Assembly: GCA_964658305.1 (NCBI GenBank)
Contig: OZ210885.1
Span: 24,366,001 to 24,430,000, forward strand
Direction of reading: 5' to 3'
Length of the DNA stretch: 64,000 nucleotides
Source: Leptogorgia sarmentosa
Lineage: Eukaryota
A program made the translations under genes and the position numbers. This document shows positions 23,586 through 35,857 of the stretch, piece by piece. Below the pieces are notes generated by a model, which saw nothing but the letters and a program-made list of their open reading frames with translations, did no database searches and was not told the DNA's origin. Every line of letters begins with the position of its first letter. Within the stretch, counting starts at the first letter, position 1.

Positions 23586-24348
23586 ATAACTATGTATTAT
23601 ACGAAGTTAAACCTGCTTTGAAGAACTTCAGGTTATTGAGCGAAACCAACTATGTTGGACACGTAAACAAGAATTGCAAAACCAACTTCGTTGGATGCTA
23701 TGAAATTTATTTGTTAATTTCCAACTAAAACGGCAAAGGTTAGACGTCTTGCTTGAACCAACGCAAACTGTGCAATGAACCTATGCGTGCGCAGTGCTTC
23801 TCATGTGATCTGCCTCCGGTCATGTGATAGAATTTTTTTTTTATGGCAGTCAAACAGAGAACAGTAGCCGCACAGATGGGGACGAAGCAGATGAGTCAAG
23901 TGGTAAGTAAAATTTGGGCTGCACTTGACTCGTTTTTATACAAGATTATTCATATCATTGTATTTACCAAATTCTGGTAAAATATTGACTGTACTATTTG
24001 TTACCCTACAAGTATGATCTACTTGCTCTAAACCCACTATTCCTTGCACCCCACCCCCATCCTTTTGCCTTATCCCCGCTATCAACATATCAGGTATTGA
24101 AAACTTCGAGAATTTCGTTTTAGATGGAGATTCATTTTTAGCTGGGGGTCCTGTAATAAGTGATGAGACTTGCCCAGTTGTTCGGAAAAGTACTAAGGAT
24201 ACCAATGACAACAAAGGTACCATGAACATTTATAGTGTTTATATTGCATTTTTTTATTAAACACAATGCATTATTATGTTCATTTCTTGTCATTTTTGCA
24301 CATATAAAGACAGTGCAAATTGTTGAAATTAGTAATAATTATTTATAT

Positions 24349-24457
24349 TTAACAATTAGATTACGAGCTCGAGATTTCTATGAGGTGATAGTTGATGAGG
24401 GAGAAGCCCAAATCAACTATCATCTCGTAGAAATCGAGAGCGAGTAATCTAATTGTT
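24349..24457. repeat. About 110-bp terminal hairpin of a non-autonomous element (other end probably ~28300-28385); possibly Crypton-like
   Basis: aacaattagattac...gatagttgat / atcaactatc...gtaatctaattgtt stem; second small hairpin ctagcaggatat...atatcctgctag at ~28302-28333. Family assignment is from memory only. Confidence 0.5.
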
Positions 24458-24815
24458 TTAGTAGAATCAGAGATCAAACATGAAAATATTGCAAAAAATA
24501 ATTTTAAAACGCGTCTCAGAAGACATTTTCTTTAAAGGGGAAGTCATTGTTTGTAACAATTTAGGTTGAAATGAAAGATAATATACTTCTTATCGTCCGT
24601 ACCAAATCTTAGGTCCCCATAGTAAATACAACTCGAGAAATAGAAAAATAAAAAAGTGAATTTTGCCATATTTCGCGGCAGCCATGAATACATGCGAGCG
24701 AACATGCGATCAAACAGCGGTTTTACCTTGTGACGTCACTGCACGGTTCATGCTAAAATGCAAACATACATATTGCATTTCGTACGCTTCACAACACGAT
24801 ATAAAGACCGAATAA

Positions 24816-24997
24816 ATGGATTTTTCAAACGAATTTTCGAGCGAAAGTTCTTCAAGTTCTGGTTTAGAAGACGGCAGAGAAGAGTTCCAAGTTAAAGACG
24901 TTGTAGGAACGATTCAACCGTACTCGTTTGAACCTGTTGAAGAAACAGATTCTGAGGGAGATGACATGTTGATCGATCATGAATCTTACACTGAGGG
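24816..24997 (+). pseudogene. First exon only of the Kolobok accessory (KolX-like) gene
   Basis: Acidic N-terminus with IQPYSFEP, ending at a GTGAGT donor that abuts the transposase 3' end. Confidence 0.55.
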
Positions 24998-25004
24998 TGA
25001 GTGT

Positions 25005-27467
25005 TTATGACATGTTATCAACTGTGGCTTTCCTCATACGTGATCTGTGTGCTGCAATCACCTCAACTTTATTAGGCCTTGGCGTTGGTGCAATGTTCTT
25101 TGGAATGCTTACAAGTGATGTTTGGACCTTGTTGTTCTGGAATGACATTACATCTTCCATTAAGTTTTGGATGAATGCAAATGACTTTCTCTCCAACACT
25201 GGTTTTGCTACCTAGCTCTGGCGCCCTTTTGGAAATACTACCTTGTATTTCTTCTCACCCTTGGCTTTCCCTTGTTTGACAGTGGCATGCATTCTTTCCA
25301 GTATTGAAGTTATTGTCAATCACCGCCAACTGCGTTCTAGCTAACATTCCATTGTAAGAAAAGTGTGTGCGTTTTGGGACATACTTCAGCAGCAAGGAAT
25401 GGAATACTTCAAGATTACCTGTGTGGTGAAACTCTGTAAGTTTGGCAATATCCTTTAATAATTTTCTGTTTAGTACCACCTCCTCCAAAGCTACATGTGG
25501 CGCAGATCCAGCCTCTAACCATTTGGTTTTCCGTTCTTTACTTCTAGACAAACGACCATGCCCACACATGAGAAAGTGTTTGCCATTCTTCCAGCTGTGT
25601 TTATTTACAACATGATGTAAGATTGATATCCACATTTCATGAAGTACTTCAGCATTGCCATTGCATGCCTGTGCACAATACCACAGATGGTTAGAAACAG
25701 ACTTGACCCATTTCATTAGCTCCTCATTCCCTTTTTTCTTGGCTTTATTGGTCAATTTTTTTGTCACCCACTTGGCCAGATGCCAGACATCATATTGGTG
25801 GACTATTGACGGGTACTTCTTCCTCATCTCTGCTGTAATTTGTGTGTGACGATCTGTTGTTAAAGATCTAACATTAATCCCCTGATCAAGTATTTTATTT
25901 AGTGACCGTTGGCAGCCTTCGTTCTCCATCGCATTGGAAGATGAAACCTCAGAGACTTGAACAAGAGAGAAATCAACAATTTTCCCTGACGTTTCATCCA
26001 TTAACGAGTAAGTACCATACTTGGCACTATGACCAGGACTGTCCGATCCACCATCACCGCACAACTCAATTGGTTTCTTCTCCTGTTTGATTTTTTCCAC
26101 AATTTCATTCTGTTGCTTTTTGTAGGCACTGTCAATTACTGGAAAAACAATCTCTTTTTGCACATTATAAAAATGTTCCTTATTGACAAAGTTCAAATTG
26201 AGAGCATTAGCAAACTGTTTGGTAGATTCATAGGTACCTCCGGTAATAACAGTTGCTGCTGGAATCAAAATGTTACCTGCTGGCTTGTTGTTTTACTCTG
26301 GTTGTGAATTCCACTGGAAGGTGTGATTGTTGTACCATGTTGCTTTAACTGTTACCATGCTACCATTAATAGTCTTTTCAATCTCACACAATGAATGACA
26401 TGTTTTACATGAAATAAACAATTGGTCTAGCATGCTCTCAAACACAATAAATTTTCTTTCATTTTCTAGATCTTCACCTTCAGATTCGTCATTGGTACCT
26501 GGTTCTGGACAGACATAATCATCACCACTATCTGAACACTCATCACTACTACTTGAACTGTATTCCATTTCCACATCTGTGAACTGTTCAGATTCAGAGT
26601 TAGAAGTAGTACTGGTTTCAGGAGTGACTGGTGCTGTAGGGGGAGTGGCAATGGGACTTTTAGTGATCTCTTGAGCAGGTGTCATAACCTTCGGTTTAGT
26701 GGATTTCTTTTTCCGAGGGGCAAGCGTTTGTACTCCAATAGTCCTCTGCATTGGCTTATCACACTGACTATCCGCATCAACCAAGACTATCTGATCACAC
26801 TGTGTTTCTGCATCCTGAAGTGAAATTCCTGCAAGTTCATGTTCAAGACATATATCAGTGACATCTTCATGTTCTGCATGATTCAGCAAGGTTTCTACCT
26901 CCTGTAAAACAGCTTAATTTATGAATTGTGAATAGTAGACTATCTGTGTGATATGCTCATATCTACTAATGAGCCAGCCACCCTGCCTAACCAAAACTGG
27001 AAATTGTTTACCGTCAACTAGAATTAACTGAAAATACATTAAAAGTTTGACTACTACTATAAAGAGATTGGTATACAAATTACAACAGATATCTAGCGGA
27101 ACAGTAAAATATATTTTTCAAGTACCTCAACTCTTCTAATTTTCTCTCTGATTATTTCTCTCCTTTGCGAGAATATCCGCTCTGGTTTTCGATGTACAAA
27201 TGGAAATATAGAGGGTACACTTCCAGCTTTTAATGTTTTTTTCGTTTTAAGACCAAACATCTCTTTAAGAGAGCCGTCAAAACATCCGGAGGCGAAATGC
27301 GCGCTACAAACATAGCATGAATTTGCTTTCGGCAGGTTCTCACGACGAATCCTTATGAGCCATGTTTTCTGCATCTGCTGGTCGTTTGGCAAATGATGGT
27401 AAGATATATTGCTTCCCTTTGTCTTCTTTGAGCAATTCGTGCAACCGGGTACCATGCAATATGGCAT
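25005..27467 (-). pseudogene. THAP-domain Kolobok transposase (one intron, in-frame stop at ~26293, frameshift near 25290)
   Basis: THAP: MPYCMVPGC...W...VCSAHF...SVPSIF. Core: CGDGGSDSPGHSAKYGTY, TTDRH, HQYDVWH, NHLW, HTGNLEVFHS. Confidence 0.88.
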
Positions 27468-28384
27468 TATTTTTAACTTTTATTTGAAAATCGTGTGTAA
27501 GATGTCCCTGTATTTAGCTTTGTTTTGTTATTTGAATATGAAGTGCTTCGCGCGATACCGCACAGTGACGTCACGAGGTAAAACCGCTGTTTGATCGCAT
27601 GCTCGCTCGCATGTATTCATGGCCGCCGCGAAATATGGAAAAGTTCACTTTTTTATTTCTCTATTTCTCAAGATGTATTTACTATGGGGACCTAAGATTT
27701 GGTACGGACGATAAGAAGTATATTTATCTTTCATTTGAACCTAAATTGTTACAAACAATGACTTCCCCTTTAACGAGAGATACGACGAGAGTGAGCAGAA
27801 TAACTGTTTTATTATGTACACAAGCGCTGCACAAAAACAACTTCCAAATTAATTTGTATTTTAGTTAATAACTGAATATAATTTCAAAGTGTTCTATCGC
27901 TTTGAAATCGACATATTTACAAAAACAGTTTTACTTGATAAATACACAGCAAAAAGCACAGGGAAAAAACAACAGTTACGGAATTAAAATAGTCAACGTT
28001 TCGTTTAAACTATAGCTAGTTTTAAATTTCAGCAGTTTTCATCTGTATTTTTCTGCATTTGAAAGTACAACACAAATTTTATTGTTGTAAAATGTCAACT
28101 AACAGCAACAAGCGATCCAACTCAATCAATCGATGAATTTTACAGCGCCGAGTTCGGTTTTCCAGATTCAAAACTGCACAATAAACATTTACAACTAAAC
28201 TTCTTCAATTTTATTCTTTTAATCGGTCGAAAAGACGTTTTTAACTGTTGAAAACTTCAATTCCGACTTCGCTCTTTCAGCCACTTTGTTTACATTTCTG
28301 TACTAGCAGGATATGAGCTAATATCCTGCTAGTGGAGAACCAATCAGATTGCAGAATAGCTCATATCCAGCGCTTGTGTATATA

Positions 28385-28510
28385 ATAATGAAGCATATTA
28401 CGTACATGACAACACTAGCAGAGCAATTGCGAGAAATGAAAGAGGAAATTTCAGATCAGAAATTTGCCACAGTGATTTTGGGAAGCCTTCCTGAATCGTA
28501 TGAAAACTTA
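28385..28510 (+). pseudogene. Small Ty1/copia gag (UBN2-like) fragment
   Basis: HITYMTTLAEQLREMKEEISDQKFATVILGSLPESYEN. Confidence 0.6.
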
Positions 28511-28989
28511 TGGCCTACGGGGTTAACATAATGAAGATTGTTCGGTTCATAGTTAGTAAACTCTGTGTTGATGTCGAATTTTGAACCAATGTTGCTAGCC
28601 ACTACTCTTGAAGGCCAGGAAAAAGCACTGAGTGTTCTGCGTTTTGCATCACTGTACACAGTATAAATATAATTCAGAATATAATTAGCAACCTCCTTAT
28701 TGTCGTGCATAAATTGGGAGTCAATGTGTGCACTGGCATGTAACTCATTGCTGCTTAATCTCGCTAACTTATCAGCTTTCACACATTCTTTATGCACCAC
28801 AGATCTGATATGTACGGTGACCGACAAGGGCAACACAAATATATGTCAAAACACACAAATATAAAGGTAAAGTGTCACGACGATAAAGTGTCTTCGACGC
28901 GTTCTACGTCTTCAAACCCTTTGACGCCATGCTCAAGCACTTCCCAAACATGTGGTGGTACTGGTAGTAGTTCCTCATTATTACCCTCA

Positions 28990-30305
28990 TCCAAATTGTC
29001 GAAGTTTGCGGTTTTTAAGAGTGCCAAAGAAAAAGAAAGAAGCTCGTTCTTTGTTCGCAAGGGCACTTCAAAACGATCGAAAGTGGCTGTGCCATTGCAG
29101 TGATGGAGGACGCTAAGAAAATAAAACGAGGCGACTCTCTTGCGCTAAGGTGCCTGAATCCTCGACTCCCAATGAGATCCTGCAAAAAGCCATCGAGAAA
29201 CACGCCACATTTAATAAACGTTTCAACTCAAAAATGGATTATTTACTGGTTTTCAAAGATGGCACTAAAGTTAAGACCATCCCTGGAACTGAACCTCCCG
29301 AGCCATTCACGTTGGGAAGATATAAAGAGGTCTCTGGTTATGGGTATTCTCAAATATGGTTCTGCCTCGTGCCACTCGTCCAAAAGTGCTTGAGTGATCT
29401 AAAGGCCGTCATCGCTGAATCCGACTCCGGAGGTGTTGGTGAGGATGATTTTTATGATGACGAAGATGTTGCTGTCGCTATTCTACAAAAGTCACCATTG
29501 AAACTTTGACCTCAGCAGCTGAGCCTTTGAATCCCAACACCTCCCCCCAAGATGACCAACCAGGCCCTTCATTTTCAGTGGTGCCCAAGGTTCAGTGCCC
29601 ATTATGTTTTGATGCATATCCAATCGACACAGTGGAGAGCCATGCTGGCGAGTGCTCAGGTGCCTTTGGACTGGTTGAGGAGAACACCTATTGAGCATAC
29701 CAGCTCAGCTGCTGCAAGCACCATGGTTGACAACGAAAAGCCCAATGACACTTCCTTAGAGATGTGTGTAAAGGAATTAAAGGACCATGGACTAAAATCG
29801 GGCTTAGAAATGGTCAGGATCACTGTGCGACGCAAGATGTTATGGCAAGATTATAAGAGGGCAATAAATAGATACTATCAACCTGACCGACTGTTGAAGA
29901 TCACTTTGAGCCAGCCGTTGATGATGGTGGCCCGAGGAGAGAATTTTTTTCAGGTAAATTATGCATGCATGTTTTTGCAACTTTTTGGAATTAGTATATT
30001 TCATGAACAGAATTTGGATATATATTCATTCTGTGAATTAACAATGACATAGATTTATGTATGTCTTTTACCAGAAATGCTTGATTATGTGGAAAGGAGG
30101 CTTTTCCCAGATGGAATTCCAGTGAAATCAACCATGGCACTGACAATGCATGATTTTAAACAGGCTGGAGAAATAATTTCAATGTCAATCTTGCAAGGTG
30201 GACATGCACCAAATTCCTTGCAACAACAGCTTTTTGATTATCTCTGTGGAAACTTGTCCATCGAAAGGATGAACTCTGCCTCAAATAAAGAAATTTGTGA
30301 AAAGG
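28990..30305 (+). pseudogene. UBZ-type zinc finger + HECT N-lobe protein, frameshifted and C-terminally truncated
   Basis: CPLCFDAYPIDTVESHAGEC; ITVRR..LWQD...LKIT..EPAVDDGGPRREFF | intron 29954-30074 | LF...AGEIISMSILQGG..P...LFDYL. Confidence 0.75.
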
Positions 30306-30559
30306 TAAATTTCTATCATCGTATTTATAATTTGTTTATTGCAATTAGTAAAGTCTGAACCATGCATGGGATTATGAATCTTAGTAAGTGAGGTTTTAAC
30401 GGTTCCGACGATACTCAATTACTCATGATGAAAACATTGGGGTTTTCCTTTCAATATCAAGGGTGAGCACTTGACCAAGAGAAGGCAACTAATTAATAAA
30501 TTAAATAATTAACAAATCAAATAATGGTGCATAACAAATACTCAGTGAATAATCAAAAT

Positions 30560-31690
30560 GATGGAGGTTCAATTATTCATTTCTCCAAAGATGCCTAACA
30601 GTTCCCTATACAAAGTGCTTCCCTCCAGTTACTTGCCCTCTCAAAGTTCATGGAGGTGAGAATATCATCAAAGTACATTTGATACCAGTTTGGAACTTCT
30701 TCAAACTGTAATACATTCTCAGCAACATACTCTATTTGTTGTATTGAAACAGCATGAAGCTTGTTTCCCCCCCCCCCCCTTTGTTCTCAGGTAGCATGTA
30801 TAATTCATCAGGTTTTCCAGCCACAGTATGATACAACGAAGCACAGATTGTGTGTGTATTCCAGTGGTCTTTCACAAAATCCAGATCTGCTTGGAGAAAC
30901 AGAACCAGGGGCACTCTGATTGTACCTCATTTCCAGGACAAAATTCTCCCGTCTCCACTAAGTCCTTGAAAAAGTTAATCTACCATGTGGAACGGTTCCG
31001 ACGATAGTAAGACCACCATCCTTCAATCCGCTGATTTGCTGTGGATTTTCCATAACTATGGCTATTTATGTCATCTCTGAAATAGCACTGCATCACAGCA
31101 ATGGTGCCATTTTCAGTGCCATTGTCAGTCCTGACCTTTTCGGGGCAAACTTTGCATTTCCGTACACAATCAAGGAAGAAAGAAACAGGAACTTCAGGGA
31201 AATTATTAGATCTGCATACCTTTAGCCACATAATTTTCCTGCTCCAACCATCAATTGCCCCATGTATTGGAAAGCCATAAGGCTTTAGTTTATCATACCC
31301 ATCAACATGCCATGAGTGGTTCGGAACCAGGTGATGTGAAGCGTCTCCTCCTCAAACGCTTTTTCTTTCTTTCTGCACATCCTTCAGGATCAAGTTCCCT
31401 GACAATTCGCTCCACAACATCTCTTGGTACTTGCATTCCACTTAGTTTAAGTGTGTGCCACATAGAGTGATATCCTCCAATACAACCTGGTCCGTTCAAC
31501 AGGTCTATGCGCTCCCTCACGATAGCTTCGTCATAGATCACATTACGACGTTTCAGACCATAATCACGCAGACGATTTTTCAGTGTTCGCACTGACATAC
31601 TTACACCATGTTCTTTCTGTAACATCTGGACTATCCCTGCGTATTCGAACCCTTTTCGAAAATACGCAGTTATTACTGCCTTTTCATTAT
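30560..31690 (-). pseudogene. IS3EU-type integrase-core DDE transposase (frameshifts and stops)
   Basis: SVRTLKNRL, WHVDGYDKLKPYGFPIHG, IDGWSRKIMWL, VRTDNGTEN, STANQRIEGWW, WNTH. Confidence 0.88.
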
Positions 31691-32978
31691 ATGGGTTGTC
31701 ATCGTCGTTCGGTACCTCATTGTGGGCAAAAATTGTGTGTTAATTTCAAAGAATACTGACAAAAGGAACACTCTTTGCGAAATCGCGGTAAACTGCAAGC
31801 ATCCGACGCCAATACACATTACACAGGCCAGCTGTTACTGCGATCAGCGGTCATAACACCCATCCATTCAAAGATGTTGTGTAGTCAAACTATTCGCTAA
31901 TAAATTTGTGTTCGTTAATAAATTTGTGTTGCCCAAATCAATTTGTGTTGGCTAATAAATTTGTGTTGGCTAAATAAATTTGTGTTTTGAAATTTATTTG
32001 TGTGTTTTGACATTTATTTGTGTGTTTGGACATATATTTGTGTTGCCCTTGTCGGCCACCGCAGATATGTCTGTCAATGTGCGTTTTTCTTGAGATAATT
32101 CCATTTTCTGAACAAATGTTAGGCACTCTGCCATTTGGTGAGAATATTTTCACTGTATTTGGGAATCTGAAACAAACGTCACACCTCACATGGTTTCTAC
32201 CAGGACCTCATTGTGTGACTTTTTTTATTGGATTTGAGTCATTTATCCAGAGAGCCTGAATTATCAGTTGAGCAAATTGAATTAGATGCATGCGAATGAT
32301 GTGATTCGTAATGTGCATCACCCACATCCTCAGAAAAGTCAAAATTATCATCTTCAAATGTTTGTGACTCCTGTTGGTCAGAAAAATCATCAGGAGATAA
32401 CTTATTTTTTTCCGGTCCGTAACTCCCGGTCCGTAACCTAAATAGAGCTTTCTGATTGGTTGCCGAGCGGTCCGTATCCTACGGTACGGGAGACCTCCAC
32501 AAAATATTTTCCCGTACGGACCTCCCAGCTGGTAAATAACATACATATATTTTGCCATTGAGCAGTAGTACCTATTTTCTTGTTATCCTCATTTCCTTTC
32601 TTTCGAAGAAGAAATTTCTCCATTACCAAAAGATTGAAAAACTACAATATAAATGCAAACAGACTACTGCATTTTGACATGAGTACTGATAAAGAATTTT
32701 TCTAAACAAACAAAACATCTACTGTTTATCTTGTCGTTTTCTGAGATTGAAATAATCTAAAAAGTCCTTGTTCCTCTGAATTCTCAAATTAGTGCTTTAA
32801 TGTGATTAAACTTTAAAATAGCAGTTAATGGATTATTAATCTGGCCATAAACTATTAAAGATATATTAGATGATGAAGTGTAAATACATATTCTCTTTCT
32901 TCACTCATTCAATTTTAAAGAATAAATGGATCGTTTAGATTAGCATTGGAAATTTACTGACTTAATTAATTAACAAAG

Positions 32979-33906
32979 CAGTCCTGGATTAACCCCATGG
33001 CAGACCCGGCATATGCCGGGGGCCCCACGCTTTTGGGGGGCCCCGGTTTTTATAAAGGAAATTTTTCTTTTTCTGTTCTGAAGATTCCACAAAGAAATAC
33101 AGGGCCCTGGCCACCGGAGGCCCCTGCGCTTTTATATAAAGGAAATGTTTCTGTTCTCAGGTTTCCATAAAGCAATATAGGCCCCTGGAGGCCCTGCGCT
33201 TTTGGGGCCCCCCGCGCTTTATATAACGGAAAATTGGAAATGCTTCTTTTTTTTTCTTCGCGCTTTGTGAGGTTTTCACAAAGCGATAAAGCCTGGCCCA
33301 GAAGGCCAGAAAGTGCGAAGCCTGCTGAAAGCTAAAACGCGGGGCCCACAAAGCGCGAGGACTCAAAAACACCAGTGAATGCGCGCAGTATCAGCGGCCC
33401 TGAATTTTAAAATCGCAGTGGTCAATGTGCGTGCCGCGTCAAATGTTTTTGAGGTCAGCCAGAAGGTTATGGGTTTTGGGGTTTGTGTTAAATAGTGGAT
33501 GTGAAATTGCGCACTGGTGTAGGAAGCGGGTTTTTTGCAGGGGTGCCGAAATATCTTTCACTCCTCCCCCCAACCATTAAGAGCTGGACCAGCTGGTGTA
33601 TTTGGTTTGCCAATACCGTGTACGATTAGTTCGCAAGCTGTGCTTGTACAACATGTAAGACCTCTAGACTCTATTCTGAGTGTTAAGGCTTTGGTTAACA
33701 CTCTGACATGGCTGTTTCCGGCGATCTAGGGGCTCTAAATTCTCAAAAAAAAAATTTTCTCCCCCCCCCAATTTCAAACCGTTTCTACGCCCCTGAAATT
33801 GCGGTAATGTTTGATATGCCCTGACTAATATAATTCAACAATTATGTGTGAGGGGCCCCGCGCTGAACATCTGCCACAGGCCCCACACGATGCTAATCCG
33901 GCCCTG
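32979..33906. mobile_element. hAT-type MITE containing a nested hAT MITE (33512-33795)
   Basis: Outer: CAG...CTG ends, 8-bp TSD TAACAAAG, gggcccc motifs. Inner: 8-bp TSD AAATTGCG. Confidence 0.85.
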
Positions 33907-35050
33907 TAACAAAGGCAGTTAAAAGCACATACCTCTCAAAGTTGATGAAATTTCAGAAATATCACAATGTCGTTTGAAATAGACAACTGCTAAAATTACA
34001 AAGCACTACAGCAGGCTCATTGCAATAACAGAAGTTAGTGCACCGGTCACTCCATTCAGAGCTATGTGAATTCCTAAATACGCAAATTTAGCTACCTCAA
34101 AAATTAAAAAATAAGTAAACAAACAACAATCTATCGGCACAGTTGTGTGCCAAAATGGGTATAACTGCAAGAAATATTTTATAATGCTATACAAGTTTCA
34201 TAATTCCATATTATTTCTACTAATTACTCATGCGGAAGTGATTTAATACCCACTTCCGCCTGTAATCGATATAATTTAGCAGTGCCAATGGCGATGGCTC
34301 AATGAAATAACATACAGAATAGGCAAACTTTGCTTGGCCATATTCCCATTTGTTCTGAAAGATGATAAAATTTAGGATTACAGTATCTTAAATCAGAGCA
34401 TTTTATACTTAAAACAATTACACAAATAACATTCCAAATTCTCAAAATGAAATTATATTGAACATTTAAGTCCATTAGCTACTTCGAGTACTGTACACAC
34501 TTTTCAGTTTACAAGAACACATTTGCTTTATACAAGGACACAATATTTCAATACCTGTTTTGAACCATAAAGCCACCATTTTAAAAAATAGGTACACAAA
34601 GTGTACATGTATCTGCGCCTATGTAGCTTGGTTACCAGCGATGTATAAAATGGTTTACAGCTAGGGAATAGGCGAATAGCGCAAATACTAATTTCTTTTA
34701 AGGTGTGCGGTTGTGCTTGGTTAAAACGTCAGACGTATTGAATACTTGATATAAGCTTTCATGACTATCTCGCATTCCGGAATTCGCGCCATCATCAAAT
34801 TGCATAATGAATTTAAACTTGACAAAATATGATATCGCTTTTATGCTATTGTGTCTTTAAAATAGAGACAGCGCTTTGCGATTGTTTGTGAAAAATGTCG
34901 CTTTCAAAAAACCAAATTTACTCTTTTCAAAACCATATTATAATAATATATTTATATACACTATATTCTATCCATTCATGCAGCATTTGCCTAGACGCTC
35001 AAGTGTATGATCGGTGTGCGCGTAGGTTCAAAACAGAATACTTGAAACTA

Positions 35051-35857
35051 CAGGGTGTCTAAAAAAAAACGCAATCAAAGTTTAAGACTTTATAACCAAA
35101 ATATTATAGATTTCCATGTCTTAACTTTTAGTTCATGTTTTAGCCCTATCTTTTTTCTACTCAATAAGTGGTCGATTGTGACTTTTTAGGCCATTTAGGA
35201 CTTCAAAATAAGTGATTTACTGCAAGCAGTCATTTTTAGATGCTACGAATTCGACGTTCTTAATTCCGAAGGGGACGTTATCGTTGCATGCGAATATTTT
35301 GTTTGAAATTTCACGAAATAATTTTAAAGTCTTAGGCATCATGCCACAGCTCACTACAGCAGAAATAACTTTTATTGTTGAAGGTTACTTTGTAACAAAA
35401 AGTATTCAGGAAGTTTTAAGATTGTTTCGAATAACTTTCTCGGATCGACAAGTCCCAAATTCGACAACCGTTTGGCGTAACGTACGTAAATACTGGCAGA
35501 TACAGCTTGAAGCAGATGCTTTACATGGAAATCATGAACTAATAAGAGTTGCACGGGAAATGCAACGTCGAAGTGATTTGTGTGTGCTGAGAAATGGCGG
35601 GCATGTTGAATGATTGTAACCAAATAAAGTTAAATTTTTAATAAAATTCAAGCTATCTATAATTTTAAATTGTCCAATCACACTTACTAAAAATAACATT
35701 ACTCGCTCATTTCCAACTCAAATTTAACAAACAAGCAGTCTTAAGAAAGCGGAATGATAGAGCTTGCTAACGGTGGTAAATATAGCCTATTTTCTATTTC
35801 TTTTTGTTATGAAAATTGCATTTGAACGTAGGATTGCGTTTTTTTTTATACACCCTG
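35051..35857 (+). mobile_element. Internally deleted Tc1/mariner element
   Basis: TA|CAGGGTGTCTAAAAAAAAACGCAATC...GATTGCGTTTTTTTTTATACACCCTG|TA; ORF 35341-35613 fuses an N-terminal HTH (F...VP...TVWRNVRKY) to the C-terminal RR...C....GGHVE. Confidence 0.85.

Larger units (their letters stand above)
14360..23834 (-). mobile_element. DIRS-type tyrosine-recombinase retrotransposon with inverted terminal repeats and internal complementary region (ICR)
   Basis: ITRs at ~14360-14471 and ~23776-23834. ICR at ~14640-14757 is complementary to both ends joined. Gag-like, RT, RNase H, methyltransferase-like and YR frames on the minus strand. Confidence 0.9.
24536..27769. mobile_element. Kolobok DNA transposon, internally deleted
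   Basis: TTAA TSDs (24532-24535, 27770-27773); about 205-bp TIRs starting AGGGGAAGTCATTG. Confidence 0.92.
28813..32063. mobile_element. IS3EU-type DNA transposon with transposase and convergent UBZ/HECT gene
   Basis: TIRs TACGGTGACCGACAAGGGCAACACAAATATATGTC / reverse complement ending at 32063; perfect 6-bp TSD GATATG (28807-28812, 32064-32069). Confidence 0.88.
28490..32300 (-). pseudogene. Decayed, probably hAT-type transposase N-terminal fragment, split by the IS3EU element
   Basis: VRCDVC...HIDRHI joins across the TSD to RSVVHKEC...VYSDAKRRTLSAFSWPSR...YVNPVGH. Confidence 0.5.

Noticed and set aside
29700..30305. Host G2E3 or other HECT ligase gene
   Set aside because: Inside TIRs and TSD, frameshifted and truncated; orthology cannot be supported
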